Shown here: positions 10,099 through 21,194 of the stretch, piece after piece
Layout of the letters: every line of letters starts with the position of its first letter
Position numbering within the stretch: position 1 is the first letter of the stretch
DNA from: Sulfolobaceae archaeon
Lineage (GTDB): Archaea > Thermoproteota > Thermoprotei_A > Sulfolobales > Sulfolobaceae
Direction: 5' to 3'
DNA: 64,000 bases
Assembly (NCBI GenBank): GCA_038893355.1
Contig: JAWARQ010000002.1
Coordinates: 168,591 to 232,590 of the forward strand
Translations under genes and position numbers: made by a program
The notes under the pieces: generated by a model
Database searches by the model: none
What the model saw: the letters and a program-made list of their open reading frames with translations, nothing else
What the model was told of the DNA's origin: nothing

Positions 10099-10909
10099 AA
10101 ATAAGACTATCTTTGAAGAAAAACCACTTATAGAACATCTTAGAGAATTACTTATTAGACTTAGAAGAATTATAATTTATTTAATCTCTTTTACTGCAAT
10201 TTATTTCTTTATAGGAATATCTTATATAGAAGTGAATGGCCAAGAAATACCAATTCCAATCCCAGACTTATATAATAGTTTATCAATAATGCTAGTAAGA
10301 TATCTTATTACAACTACAGTACCTCAAGGTCTTAAATTAATAAATATTGGATTTATGGATACTATAATCTCCTCACTGTACGTTTCAATATACTTTGGTT
10401 TTATCACTAGCTTTCCACTGATATTGAGAGAAATCTGGGCATTTATAGCCCCTGGACTCTACGAGCATGAAAAGAAAATGCTGAGAAATCTTTTACTACC
10501 TTCAATATTATTATTTGTATTAGGTTCTTTATTTGCATATTATATTATAGTACCACTAATGTTAAAATTTCTCTACTACTATACAATAGCTTTTCAAGTT
10601 GAACCTACACTTAGTATAAGATCTTTTATTGGGACTATAATCTCTCTTATGATAGGAACTGGTATTGCATTTCAATTGCCTCTATTTATGATAATATTAA
10701 CTATGATAGGCTTAGTTAAATCTCAAACTTGGAGAAAATATTGGAGATATGGAATTTTTGCAGGATGGCTAATAGCTTGGATAATTTCACCAGGTACTAC
10801 TGGAGGATTAGTAGAAAGCATGATTGCGCTTACCTTAAATTCCCTTTATTTAAGCGGAATTTATTTTTCAAGATATGTAGAAAAAAGAAGAAATAAAAAT
10901 AAAAAATAG
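10073..10909 (+). CDS. tatC: twin-arginine translocase TatC
   Basis: PLIEHLRELL, WAFIAPGLYEHEK, FQLPL, multiple TM helices. Confidence 0.95.
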   Translation: MSKEEKRSENKTIFEEKPLIEHLRELLIRLRRIIIYLISFTAIYFFIGISYIEVNGQEIPIPIPDLYNSLSIMLVRYLITTTVPQGLKLINIGFMDTIISSLYVSIYFGFITSFPLILREIWAFIAPGLYEHEKKMLRNLLLPSILLFVLGSLFAYYIIVPLMLKFLYYYTIAFQVEPTLSIRSFIGTIISLMIGTGIAFQLPLFMIILTMIGLVKSQTWRKYWRYGIFAGWLIAWIISPGTTGGLVESMIALTLNSLYLSGIYFSRYVEKRRNKNKK

Positions 10910-10911
10910 GT

Positions 10912-11406
10912 TCATAATATTTTATTTAGCTTATTTAAATAATTTATTAAACCTCCTGCTTTAAGTATTTCTAGAGCCATACCAGTAATTCCTTTACCTT
11001 GAAGCTTAATCTTATTATTAACTTCTATTTCACCAGTTTCTATATTAACTCTAACGTAATCGCCCTCACTAATTAAGTTCTTAGCATTTGGTAAAGTTAT
11101 TACTGGTAAGCCATTATTTATAGCATTCCTATAAAATATTCTTGCAAATGATTCCGCTATTATCAATTTAACACCTGCTGCCTTTAATGCTATTGCAGCC
11201 TGCTCCCTAGAAGAACCCATTCCAAAGACCTTACCAGCTACTAAAACAACTCCTTGTGAAGCCTTTTTATAGAATTCTGGATCTAAGGGTTCCATTGCGT
11301 GTTGGGCTAAGTAATTTGGATCTGTATACTTTAAGTATTTTGCCGGTATTATTATATCTGTATCTATTTTATCACCAAACTTTAATACCTTTCCTTCTAC
11401 TATCAT
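10912..11406 (-). CDS. leuD: 3-isopropylmalate dehydratase/homoaconitase small subunit
   Basis: [38 protein letters not shown]. Confidence 0.92.
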   Translation of the reverse strand: MIVEGKVLKFGDKIDTDIIIPAKYLKYTDPNYLAQHAMEPLDPEFYKKASQGVVLVAGKVFGMGSSREQAAIALKAAGVKLIIAESFARIFYRNAINNGLPVITLPNAKNLISEGDYVRVNIETGEIEVNNKIKLQGKGITGMALEILKAGGLINYLNKLNKIL

Positions 11407-12650
11407 TCTACATCACGTGGATCTACTATTTCACCCTTTAATGCTGAGGCAGCCGCTACTGCTGGTCCGCTTAAGAATACTTTTGCTTCCGGACTTCCCA
11501 TTCTTCCTTTAAAGTTTCTAGAACTAGTAGAAAGAATATTCTCTCCTGGACCCGCTATACCAAAGTGACCACCCAGACAAGGCCCACAAGTACCGTAAGT
11601 TATTATGCATCCTGCATCTGCTAGTATGTTTATATACCCCATTTCAATTGCTGTCTTAAACACTTGATAAGATGCAGGAATTACTATACATCTTGTCTTA
11701 ACTTTTTTACCTTTTAGTATTTTAGCGGCTACCTCAATATCACTTATTCTTCCATTAGTACAAGAACCTATAAAAACCTGATCAATAGGTGTTCCCTCTA
11801 ATTCTCTAGCTGCCTTAACGTTATCTACACTATGAGGTGCAGCAACTAGAGGTTCTAGTTTATTTAATTCTATCTCGTATTCATCAACATACTTGGCCCC
11901 TATATCTGGCTTTATTATAGGTGGCTCGTATCCCCTATTAGACTTAATATAATTTACGGTCTCCTCATCGGGTATAAACATTAGTGCATCTGCATTCATC
12001 TCAATTCCCATATTAGCTACAGTAGCTCTATAATCCATTGGAAAGCTTGACGGCTTTTCTACATATACCTCTATACTCATTCCATTAAAGTAATCAGCCT
12101 TAAATTCTCCAAGTAACTTTAATGCGACATCCTTACCAGATATCCATTTTTGAGGTTCATTAGACAATTTAACCTTAAATGGTTGGGGAACAACGACCCA
12201 TGTTTTCCCAGTAATTACTGCTGCAGCTATATCGCTAGCTCCCATTCCTTGTGCGAAAGCACCTACTGCACCAGAGGTCGAAGTGTGACTATCTGCAGCT
12301 ACTACTACCATCCCTGGATCTACGTATTTTTCTATAAGTAGTTGATGCAAAATTCCAGTATTTATGTCATGAAAATTGGGTATTCTTAAATCTTTAACGA
12401 ACTTTCTAATATTTACTTGAATTTCAGCACTTCTTACATCTGGTGGTGGTGCTAAGTGGTCAAAGGCGATTATTAACTTATTCTTATTAAAAACTTTTAA
12501 CATTCCAACTTTCTCCATAACTTCTATTACATGATATCCAGTAAGGTCATGAAAAGCTACGAGATCTACGTTTATTTCTACAACATCTCCTGGAGTTACT
12601 GTTTTATTAGCTGCTCTACTGAGTATTTTCTCCGTTAACGTTTGTGACAT
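11403..12650 (-). CDS. leuC: 3-isopropylmalate dehydratase/homoaconitase large subunit
   Basis: [29 protein letters not shown] aconitase-family motifs. Confidence 0.93.
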   Translation of the reverse strand: MSQTLTEKILSRAANKTVTPGDVVEINVDLVAFHDLTGYHVIEVMEKVGMLKVFNKNKLIIAFDHLAPPPDVRSAEIQVNIRKFVKDLRIPNFHDINTGILHQLLIEKYVDPGMVVVAADSHTSTSGAVGAFAQGMGASDIAAAVITGKTWVVVPQPFKVKLSNEPQKWISGKDVALKLLGEFKADYFNGMSIEVYVEKPSSFPMDYRATVANMGIEMNADALMFIPDEETVNYIKSNRGYEPPIIKPDIGAKYVDEYEIELNKLEPLVAAPHSVDNVKAARELEGTPIDQVFIGSCTNGRISDIEVAAKILKGKKVKTRCIVIPASYQVFKTAIEMGYINILADAGCIITYGTCGPCLGGHFGIAGPGENILSTSSRNFKGRMGSPEAKVFLSGPAVAAASALKGEIVDPRDVE

Positions 12651-12955
12651 TAAATAGGAATTTGAAGTATTAGTAAATAAATATTTCAGTAATAGAAGGT
12701 TCGTAGATAAAACTTTAAATTATTATTTTAATTAATTTATTAACTTAATTCTGTTAAATTTTAAACTAAGTCATAAGAGCTATAGTGTCGACGTAGGGTA
12801 TTTATATTTCTATATCTAAATAAGATATCCAAAACCTTATTTTAGCATCTACTCCTTATGGAGATTCTCGTTTTAATAAATTTATACCCTAATTACTACT
12901 ACACTATAACGAGAACTTAATAAAAACTTATATAATAATCTACTAATATTGTAAT

Positions 12956-13624
12956 ATGACAAGATTAACTGAAGAATTATGGTTGAGTATTAAAGATATT
13001 TATAACGCAATTCTTAATCATCAATTTATAAAAGGTTTAATAGATGGTAGTTTAGAAGAAGAAAAATTCAAATATTATATTATTCAGGATTATTTATATT
13101 TAAAAGAATTTAGTAAGGCCTTGGCATTAGTCGCATCTAAGGCTCCTAAAGATGAATATAGAATAACCTTCTTGGAACACGGAATTCAAGCATTAATAGT
13201 TGAAAGAAACTTACATTCTTCATTTACTAAAGTTTGGAATATAAATCCAGAAGAGTATGAAATGTCACCAACTAATTTAGCTTATACCTCATACCTTCTA
13301 TCAGTAACCTCAACTAGGCCATTTAGTGAAGCATTAGCTGCTGTATTACCTTGTTATTGGATATATATGGAGGTAGGTAAAGAATTATTAAAGAAAGGTT
13401 CTCCTAATCCTCTGTATAGAAAATGGATAGAAACTTATGGTGGAGAAGAGTATGAAAGGGGTGTAAGGGCTGTACTAACAATAACTGATGAATTAAAATT
13501 AGATGAGAATTCTAGAAGGGAAGTATTTAAGCATTTTAGAATAGCATCAATATACGAATATCTATTCTGGGACTCTGCATTTAGACTTGAGAAATTCCCC
13601 TTCCGAGTAAATACTCTTGTGTAG
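12956..13624 (+). CDS. tenA: thiaminase II / TenA
   Basis: [16 protein letters not shown] catalytic Cys, [14 protein letters not shown]. Confidence 0.92.
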   Translation: MTRLTEELWLSIKDIYNAILNHQFIKGLIDGSLEEEKFKYYIIQDYLYLKEFSKALALVASKAPKDEYRITFLEHGIQALIVERNLHSSFTKVWNINPEEYEMSPTNLAYTSYLLSVTSTRPFSEALAAVLPCYWIYMEVGKELLKKGSPNPLYRKWIETYGGEEYERGVRAVLTITDELKLDENSRREVFKHFRIASIYEYLFWDSAFRLEKFPFRVNTLV

Positions 13625-14765
13625 CAATTACGCCATGGCCTAATTTTATAGGCTCACCTAACTTAGTAAGAATCCTTTCAATTGCTGCAACAGTAGATAT
13701 TGCATCATTATAATTTATCCATCCCATATGACCAATCCTAAAATATTTTCCAGCTAATTCAGGGTGGACACCAGGTGCAAATTCTACACCTTCTGATATG
13801 GAGTACTCTAAAAATTGACTGGAACTGACTTTAGAAAGTTTAACTGCAGTTACAGTATTACTACGTACACTTCTTTCCTTAGCTACTATTTCTAATCCCA
13901 TAGCCTCTATTCCAGCCCTTATTGCTTCTGCAATTACCTTATGTCTTTCAATTCTATTTTCTATACCCTCCTTTTCTATGAACTCTAAGGACTTCCTTAA
14001 CATAAAAATTATGTGAACTGGTAGTGTAGAAAAGTAAGCTGGTTTACCTGCCTCTAAACTTTCCATTACTGGAATCCAGTTTTTGAGATTTAAAAAGAAG
14101 CCTGAAATTGAATCTTCAGAAACCTGACTTATTGCATCTTGAGAAATAATTAATAAGCCTAACCCAGCTGGGCATCCTAGTGCCTTTTGAGATGCTGTAA
14201 TTACTACATCTATTCCCCACTCTTTCATTTTAATCTCTTCAGCACCAACACTCGAAACACCATCGACTACAATAATTTCTGCATTTCCTCTAACTACCTT
14301 TATAACATCCTTTATTGGCTCTCTTACTCCAGTGCTAGTTTCTACATGAGTAAATGTGATTAATTTATAATTATTTTTACTAAATTTTTCTAATTCATCC
14401 TCTCTTACATACTCACCAGCTTTAGCTTTTATAACGTCAACTTGAACGGGGTATCGTTTAAATAAATTTTCCCATCTATCACCAAAAACTCCATTAGAAA
14501 CTACTAATACCCTATCATTTCTCTTTAACATGGAAGTTACAGCTTCCATTGCCGCAGTACCACTCCCTGGTAACATTATTACTCTATAACTCTCGTCTGC
14601 CCACACTAATTTTCTCAAGGATTTGAGGACATAGCTACTAGCTTCAATAAATTCTCTCGAGGTAAATCCTACGTTAGATTTTACCCCTGAAAGCAGAACG
14701 TCTAAATCTATATTTACTGGACCAACATGCATCAGAAGTCTTCTTAACTCGTTAGTGTAAGACAT
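13581..14765 (-). CDS. class V PLP aminotransferase (alanine-glyoxylate/serine-pyruvate type); start re-called at MSYTNE
   Basis: [31 protein letters not shown] (PLP Lys), FRIGHMG. Confidence 0.9.
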   Translation of the reverse strand: MSYTNELRRLLMHVGPVNIDLDVLLSGVKSNVGFTSREFIEASSYVLKSLRKLVWADESYRVIMLPGSGTAAMEAVTSMLKRNDRVLVVSNGVFGDRWENLFKRYPVQVDVIKAKAGEYVREDELEKFSKNNYKLITFTHVETSTGVREPIKDVIKVVRGNAEIIVVDGVSSVGAEEIKMKEWGIDVVITASQKALGCPAGLGLLIISQDAISQVSEDSISGFFLNLKNWIPVMESLEAGKPAYFSTLPVHIIFMLRKSLEFIEKEGIENRIERHKVIAEAIRAGIEAMGLEIVAKERSVRSNTVTAVKLSKVSSSQFLEYSISEGVEFAPGVHPELAGKYFRIGHMGWINYNDAISTVAAIERILTKLGEPIKLGHGVIATQEYLLGRGISQV

Positions 14766-14796
14766 AGATTTCATGTAAATAGTAAGGTTAAAAATA

Positions 14797-15876
14797 TTAT
14801 GAAACTGGCACTGAAAGATAGTTTGATGCAATAGTTCCTATAGTATGAGTAGTAAGTGCGGCAGCTATAGCAAGAACGCTCATTTTAAGTCCCTTCTTAA
14901 CAGGATTACTTTCACTAAGAATGCCTATTATATACCCAATTATAAACGTAAATAGACCAGTTACTGCATAAGAAATAAGGAGACCAGTAATTCCTGGTAA
15001 TCCGATAAGGAAAGGTATTACTGGAATTATTGCACCAATAATATAAGATATACCAGTAATCCCCGCACTCTTAGTGGGACTTTCGGAAGACTTAGGAGCT
15101 ATAATGTCCTCAGCAACATCATATAATTTTTTCGCTACTATTTCCACATCTTTTGATTTAATTCCAAATGCTTGTAAATTTCTCTTTAAACTCTCTATTA
15201 CTAAAGAAGAGTCGATTTCCTTTTGAGCCTCTATCTTCTTTCTCCTTGCACGGTTTATCTCTACTTCAGATTCAGTGGAAAGATAAGAACCGATAGTCAT
15301 AGATAGAGTACCGGCTATGCCGACAATAATTCCCCCGATTGCAACTAATAATGGATTTAGTAATATTCCAGCTAAACCAGAAACTGCAGCAAGAACTTCT
15401 ATAAGTCCATCACTTATTCCATACACGAAATCTCCTATATCTTTTGACCTAGATTCAGTTAACGATAACATCTCCTCATGAACTACTTCGTCAATTAATA
15501 TTTTCTCAAGTTCTTTCTTCTCCTCCTCAGAAATCTCTTGATGAGCTAATAAATTCTTATATTTTTGAACATCTTTGATCTCTTCCCTCTCTAATAGCTT
15601 TATAACTAATCTTGTTCCAAATATTTTTCTTATTAAAATAAAAAAATTTAATTTTAATCTATCAAATGGATCCAATTTTTCTAATTCTATTTTATGAGAC
15701 TCTGCCATTCTTCTCCAAAATTCTGAGTGAGATCTTTCGATATCGGACAATCTCTTTAAAACATTTCTAATTTCAGCATCTTTTTCTACTTTAGTCAAGG
15801 CTTCGTAGAGCATAAAACCAATGAGCTCGTCCTTATAACTATGCCTTATAATTTCATTAATACTAGACTTCTGCAT
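14797..15876 (-). CDS. rubrerythrin-like ferritin domain fused to VIT1/CCC1 transporter
   Basis: N-terminal ExxH di-iron motifs (ERSH, EVVH), then VYGISDGL and [12 protein letters not shown]1 motifs. Confidence 0.88.
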   Translation of the reverse strand: MQKSSINEIIRHSYKDELIGFMLYEALTKVEKDAEIRNVLKRLSDIERSHSEFWRRMAESHKIELEKLDPFDRLKLNFFILIRKIFGTRLVIKLLEREEIKDVQKYKNLLAHQEISEEEKKELEKILIDEVVHEEMLSLTESRSKDIGDFVYGISDGLIEVLAAVSGLAGILLNPLLVAIGGIIVGIAGTLSMTIGSYLSTESEVEINRARRKKIEAQKEIDSSLVIESLKRNLQAFGIKSKDVEIVAKKLYDVAEDIIAPKSSESPTKSAGITGISYIIGAIIPVIPFLIGLPGITGLLISYAVTGLFTFIIGYIIGILSESNPVKKGLKMSVLAIAAALTTHTIGTIASNYLSVPVS

Positions 15877-15916
15877 TAAAGCTAATTTAGAATCCCTATT
15901 ATTTAAAAGTTTCTAT

Positions 15917-17345
15917 AAACTCCCCAGTTTTGGAGTATAGATTATAAATGGATCGAAAGAATACTACTCCATAAATACTGACGAGGAAATTATTTTCTCT
16001 AATTTCTCCCTATCTATTACATCTACAATCTTCTTTATACCCCCTCTCCTACCAAAATTTTCTACCCTAATTTTCAATAATCCAAACATTTCTAACTCAT
16101 TCAGTATCTCCGCATATCTTCTATACGAAATAACCCTTACACCCATTTCCTCAGCAATTTGCTTATAAATTTGATAAGAATTAACTGCAATGTTATCTTT
16201 CAGAACAGACATCAGAACTAACTTATAATGAACCGGTAAATCTTTTACCGCTTCTACTACTTTCTCTCTTTCATATTCTTGATAAGCAATATCAACATGT
16301 CTTTTCTCTATTTTATCTGAACCTTCTCGTGATGCAACCATTGCAGCCCTAAATAATAGCTCTACTGCTTTCCTAGCATCTCCATGCTCAGATGCCGCTA
16401 TTGCTGCAATGTAGTTTATTATCTCCATATCCCAAACATTAAGGCCAGCCTTCGCATATCTAACAAGAATGTTAGACAGCTGCTGTGCATCGTAAGGATT
16501 AAATAAAATCGTAGGTCCTAAACTCGAGAGCACTCTAGGATCCATCCCTTCCCTCACATTAAGATCATTACTTATCATAATAACTGATAAAGGAGCATCA
16601 ACTCTAAGTAATTGATAAAGTACATCATCACCGTCCTTCTTCTTCACTAGAGCGTCTATTTCGTCTAAATACATTATTGCCTTTTTATTTTTCATATAAT
16701 CTTTCATGAACTTAATATAATCTGCAGTACCCAAACCTCTTCTAGGAATATCCCTTTTTGAAATCTGAGTAGCTAAAGAATGAAGTACTGCACCCTTATT
16801 CCCACCCATTTCCTTGCAATTAACATAAGCTTGTACTACAGAAGTATAATCTCTATCCTCCTTCTTTACTTTCTCTATTTCCCTCATCACAAATTTGGCT
16901 ACAAAAGTCTTCCCAGTACCAGTTAAACCTAAAAATAGAACGGAAAATTTTGTACCAGCCTTCACAAAAGATTTTATATACACTGCAACTTGTTCCAATA
17001 TATCTTCTCTATAAGGTATATCGTTAAATACAGTAAGAGGATCTTTAAATACAGTAGGATCTTTAATTATTCGCTTTAAATCACCTTTCAGCTTTTCCCT
17101 AAACACAATTATACTTCTGAAATTTAAGTATATCAAAGGTTCTCCCGATTCTTCCGTAAGAATCTGTATCAAAAGCTTCAGAGGTATCACTTGTTTTTAT
17201 TTTCCACTAAAGTATTATTACAGTAAAGTTCTCCCGATTCTTTGACAATCTTTCCGTAATATTTTTTCAAAAAATACAGAAGAACCTTAAAGATATTATC
17301 AAAGATCCAACAAAAAGGCTAAACTATTTAAAAACTGGGGAGTTT
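15917..17345. repeat. perfect 15-bp inverted repeat bracketing cdc6-3
   Basis: aaactccccagtttt (15917-15931) is the exact reverse complement of aaaactggggagttt (17331-17345). Confidence 0.8.
15964..17106 (-). CDS. cdc6-3: Orc1/Cdc6 replication initiator, Cdc6-3 type (start re-called at GTG 17106; ORF extends to 17190)
   Basis: GLTGTGKT, YLDEID, MISND, PRVLSSLG, HGDARKA, winged-helix YRR and GRRGG; resembles Sulfolobus Orc1-3 as recalled. Confidence 0.9.
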   Translation of the reverse strand: MFREKLKGDLKRIIKDPTVFKDPLTVFNDIPYREDILEQVAVYIKSFVKAGTKFSVLFLGLTGTGKTFVAKFVMREIEKVKKEDRDYTSVVQAYVNCKEMGGNKGAVLHSLATQISKRDIPRRGLGTADYIKFMKDYMKNKKAIMYLDEIDALVKKKDGDDVLYQLLRVDAPLSVIMISNDLNVREGMDPRVLSSLGPTILFNPYDAQQLSNILVRYAKAGLNVWDMEIINYIAAIAASEHGDARKAVELLFRAAMVASREGSDKIEKRHVDIAYQEYEREKVVEAVKDLPVHYKLVLMSVLKDNIAVNSYQIYKQIAEEMGVRVISYRRYAEILNELEMFGLLKIRVENFGRRGGIKKIVDVIDREKLEKIISSSVFME

Positions 17346-17600
17346 GCTACATAAGTATTTCCTAAGAGTCCAGTACAGGTTAAATAAGTTGAGATTTATT
17401 AATACCTTTTTCTCTATAGTTCCTTTTTAACTACTAGACAGAGTAAAGTTCCTAAGTTTCTGTTGCAAATTAATACTAATAAGGTTGTTTGTATAATATA
17501 ACTATGCCGTGTTATTCTTACAAACGACTAAAACGTAGGAACTTTAGTATCTGTACTTACGTTGTAAATTCATAAATGAATTTAGTATTATCCAAATTCT
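17110..17600. promoter_or_regulatory. probable replication origin (oriC2-like) upstream of cdc6-3
   Basis: Direct repeat gttctcccgattctt (17139-17153, 17228-17242); imperfect inverted pair agtaaagttcctaagtttc (17442-17460) / aaaacgtaggaactttagt (17530-17548) around an AT-rich core; Sulfolobus oriC2 lies next to cdc6-3. Confidence 0.7.
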
Positions 17601-17603
17601 AAC

Positions 17604-18653
17604 CTACCTCTTAAATTGTATTACCTTATAATTCTCCCCTTCCTTAATTACCTTATTTTCTAGGACAAATTTAGGACATTCTGACTTACACTTTGAAATA
17701 GGTGGGATATTCTTATCAAAAACTACTATTACTTCATCATACAAAGCTTTTATGTCTTCTACTAACCTCTCTATTACGTTATAACTCATCAATACTGGTA
17801 TTGAATCAATTTCATGAAATCTAGCTTGTTTAAGTATAAAATTAAGGTTTGGATCCTCTTGCCAAGCTCTTTTCAGCTCAGTTATATTAGTATTATGAAA
17901 GTTTCTAGCTAACACAAATATAGGTAAAATCACAGTATCATAGTTACTCATAATTTTGTTTTTAATAGTATTTTTAGTAATTTGATTTATTTTTTCTAAT
18001 CCAATCTTCATGTACTCGTATGCGATATCTTTATCAAATAGTTTATCCTTATCATAATTTAAATGAAAGTATTCTAATAACCATAAATGAAACTCAACTA
18101 TTTCATTTATCTTATCAAAAACTATATCATTTACTACTATTTCCTTAGCCCTAGTAAATATAGAGAATCTGTTTAAAGTTTGGGCAAATAACGCTTGATT
18201 CGCTATGAATACCTTCTTATTCTCTATAAATTCACTTAATCCTTTAAGTTTAAAGTACCCTTCTGGCGATATTTCTAATGGATGAAATCCAAGACCAATA
18301 ATCATTCCTTCCTGCGGATCAGCATATGAGTACTGGACTATCCTATAGTAGTCAAGAAATTGTGACTCAGGATACCATTCAGAATACTTCTTTAAACCTT
18401 CTTGCTTTATACCGTCTTTAAGTAACAAAATCTCATTTAGTAATTCCTTTGAATCCTTATATTCTTCTGCGATTGCACCGTAGGGTATGAGTATTGGTTC
18501 TCCGTATAAAGGTACGGAAAATTTCAAACCATACAACTTCATTAAATCAGGTAAGTTACTATCAAACAAGGTTTTTATTACCTTTCTATTTAATAACGGT
18601 AAGTGATCAATGTGATATATTTTTTTAATCTTCTTCTTAAATAAGAATGACAT
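17604..18653 (-). CDS. hypothetical protein
   Basis: 349-aa uninterrupted ORF, typical codon usage, no motif recognised. Confidence 0.8.
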   Translation of the reverse strand: MSFLFKKKIKKIYHIDHLPLLNRKVIKTLFDSNLPDLMKLYGLKFSVPLYGEPILIPYGAIAEEYKDSKELLNEILLLKDGIKQEGLKKYSEWYPESQFLDYYRIVQYSYADPQEGMIIGLGFHPLEISPEGYFKLKGLSEFIENKKVFIANQALFAQTLNRFSIFTRAKEIVVNDIVFDKINEIVEFHLWLLEYFHLNYDKDKLFDKDIAYEYMKIGLEKINQITKNTIKNKIMSNYDTVILPIFVLARNFHNTNITELKRAWQEDPNLNFILKQARFHEIDSIPVLMSYNVIERLVEDIKALYDEVIVVFDKNIPPISKCKSECPKFVLENKVIKEGENYKVIQFKR

Positions 18654-18786
18654 GTATTATCCTTTATGTTATTTCTAAAAAAGTTTATGTTAGCAGTAGT
18701 AAATCTCTATTTACAAATTAACGTATAAATAATTTCTACTTTACTGGATGTGATTATTCTTAATAATGTGTTAGTAAATAATTAAG

Positions 18787-19239
18787 TTGATGATGTATTG
18801 GCTAATACCAATTCAAGAGGATATGTGGAATGTAATATTAAATCAAGGAGTTTATGGCCATAATAGAAAAATTATTATAAATTATGTAAAAAAAGATGAT
18901 TATCTAATAATATATGTAAGCAAATATTATGCTAAGAGGTATGGAGGAAAGATTGTAGGGATAATGAAAGTTGTGTCGGATTGGTATACGGACGAAAAGC
19001 CAATATATCCAGAGGAGGTAGTAAGGGGTAAAGGAGTTTATATATATAGAGTAAAAGTAGAACCAGTATTGATAGGCGAGTGTGATTTGAAATCAATACT
19101 ATCTAAACTAACTTTTATAGAGGATAAGTTTCAATTACCAAAGTACTTAAGAAACGCTCCTGCTAATATGAGAAGACCAATACCAGAAAATGATGTAAAA
19201 TTAATTGAAGAGTGTTTAAGGCAGCAAACATCTTATTAG
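18787..19239 (+). CDS. EVE domain protein (UPF0310/PUA-like)
   Basis: YWL...W...GVYG, VKKDDYLIIYV, IVGIMKVVSDWY, YRVKVE pattern. Confidence 0.85.
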   Translation: MMMYWLIPIQEDMWNVILNQGVYGHNRKIIINYVKKDDYLIIYVSKYYAKRYGGKIVGIMKVVSDWYTDEKPIYPEEVVRGKGVYIYRVKVEPVLIGECDLKSILSKLTFIEDKFQLPKYLRNAPANMRRPIPENDVKLIEECLRQQTSY

Positions 19240-19346
19240 TAATACAAAATTTATCATTATTATATTATCTATTAAACTATAAAATGATAAATTCTTGAAA
19301 ATTTAGCTACAATAAGCTATTTATTTGGCTTTACGAAATTTAGATT

Positions 19347-19421
19347 GGGCCCGTCGTCTAGCCTGGTTAGGATGCCGCCCTCACACGGCGGAGATCCTGG
19401 GTTCAAATCCCAGCGGGCCCA
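19347..19421 (+). tRNA. tRNA-Val (anticodon CAC), intron-less
   Basis: Cloverleaf: GGGCCCG/CGGGCCC acceptor stem, CCGCC-CTCACAC-GGCGG anticodon arm, CTGGG-TTCAAAT-CCCAG T arm. Confidence 0.97.
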
Positions 19422-19542
19422 TAATTTTAAACTTTTCTGCTTTGGGAGAAAAGAACATAAATGTAACAAGAAACGTAAAAAGCAACATTATGAATAAATT
19501 TACGAGTTCCAGCAGTCTGGAGATAGTGTCGTCATTAGGGTA

Positions 19543-20322
19543 TAAATTCTGGGATTAATTTTCTCTCCCATAAGACTAGTGCTATGGAGTACTTTATCAT
19601 GCTTATGCTCCTATTTACTGCCTTTGTTGCCCTCTTGAAGCGTACAAGCCTATCCCTTAGTGAGGAATGAAGCCCCTCGTTGGGGCGTTCAGTAATAAAT
19701 CTTTCGGTCATACTTCAAGCATAGTACTAGCTAACATTGCCACGTGGGCCTATATAGGTTAACCAGCGAGACAACCGTGTGATCCTTTAACCAAAAGTAA
19801 ACGTTGTAATCATCACTCACCCACCTACCATCATCTGGCAAGTACATTTTAACCTCACGAAAAGTATTCTCATTCCTATCATCCACAGAGTAAATTATGT
19901 ATAACCCTAGCCTAGTGTACACATAACAAGTAAACACCCACTTGTAGAAAGCCCTAGTGTTTCTATGTCCACATCTCATCAACAACCTTAGTAACAACTT
20001 TACCCTTAACAAACTCCTTAGCCCTACTCCACAAGTCCACTAGCTTCTCGTGCCTCTGCTTACCATAACGCTTAACCCAAGTGAAAACAGTACCCAAAGG
20101 CACATTAAGAACCCTAGAAATAGCCCTCATACCATTAGAATACATCCTCAAAGCCAACTCCCTAACACTCTTATGATAATGATGCCTAGAAGCATCACCC
20201 AAAAAACGCTTACCACAAACCCTACACTTCTGCCTACCCCAAGACTTACCACACTTAACAACATGATGACTACCACAAGAAGGACAAGCTATATCATGCC
20301 TAATTATAGGCTTCCTACCCAT
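19543..20322 (-). pseudogene. IS1-family transposase, frameshifted and interrupted
   Basis: CPSCGS...CRVCG Zn-ribbon plus HTH, VVDEMW, then SDDY in a second frame, then NEGLHSSLRDRL...PEFIP* after a 71-bp insertion. Confidence 0.88.
19686..19756. mobile_element. 71-bp nested insertion with GG/CC at both junctions (miniature IS110- or IS607-type remnant)
   Basis: Splits the transposase at V-N|P-N-E; removing it plus one GG restores the frame; no terminal IRs. Confidence 0.6.
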
Positions 20323-20691
20323 AAGTAATACTCATAATACAAGAATTTATACCCTAATGACGACACTATCTCCAGACTGAGTTACAGTAAGGTATCAAAA
20401 ATAAACTGATATAGATGATATCTATATATCTAGAAAAAAGAATTTAGTGTAATATAAGTCTCTTTCATTAAATTATTATCTCTTTAGCTAACTAATTTTT
20501 CTAGCTCCGTATACTTAAAAATTAATATATATAAATAAAAATTGATAACCTATTATTTAATATTCTCCTAGCGCAGCTAATAATAGGTAATACTCTATAT
20601 CAACTATACCATCATTTTCGTAATACATAATTTACTCCTTTATTTCACTATTTATAAATAATTGCCTAATTATCTAATAGACAAAAGTCTA

Positions 20692-21129
20692 TTAGAATCG
20701 AGCCCATACAAACTTATAACTTAATAAGAATCTTATTATAAATGCACTTATTATTCCAATTAAGTTAATAATAAGAATTATTGACGGAAGATGAGAATAA
20801 GAACTAAGTAATATTAATAAGGCTTGATCTCGCCAACCTACTACAATTAGCAAGAGTACTATCATATATTGTATGATACCACCAACTACCGCTGTAATAT
20901 GAAACCTAATTAGCCTCTTTCCAAAATTTCCGAATCTTCTGTCTTTAAAGGTCCACACGTCATTAAGTATGAAGTTGAATATTATTGATATCTCTATTGA
21001 GAAGATCAACGAAATTGCTATTGGAAAGATTTTAGTGAAGAGATAAAGAAGACCTTCATTAACTATAGTGCCCAATGCACCTACTATTCCGAACTTTACT
21101 AGCCTTAAAATTAATTCTTTCTTTGACAT
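20692..21129 (-). CDS. GtrA family membrane protein
   Basis: KFGIVGALGTIVN, FNFILNDVWTFKD, YKFVW. Confidence 0.9.
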   Translation of the reverse strand: MSKKELILRLVKFGIVGALGTIVNEGLLYLFTKIFPIAISLIFSIEISIIFNFILNDVWTFKDRRFGNFGKRLIRFHITAVVGGIIQYMIVLLLIVVGWRDQALLILLSSYSHLPSIILIINLIGIISAFIIRFLLSYKFVWARF

Positions 21130-21194
21130 TCATAAATTCTGCGTAACTGCAATATAAAAATTCTTTCATCATATAACAAAAATTATTTTTAATT

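Larger units (their letters stand above)
19522..20370 (-). mobile_element. IS1-family insertion sequence (ISC796-like), degenerate
   Basis: Perfect terminal IRs gatagtgtcgtcattagggtataaattct (19522-19550, 20342-20370), extendable to 38 bp; GC-richer interior encoding transposase pieces. Confidence 0.92.

Noticed and set aside
17286-17354. Plus-strand micro-frame LKDIIKDPT echoing the Cdc6-3 N-terminus
   Set aside because: No start codon; better explained by repeated origin motifs or chance.
19325-19558. 77-aa ORF
   Set aside because: Overlaps tRNA-Val and the IS end; shadow ORF.
20050-20328. 92-aa plus-strand ORF
   Set aside because: Antisense shadow of the IS1 transposase.
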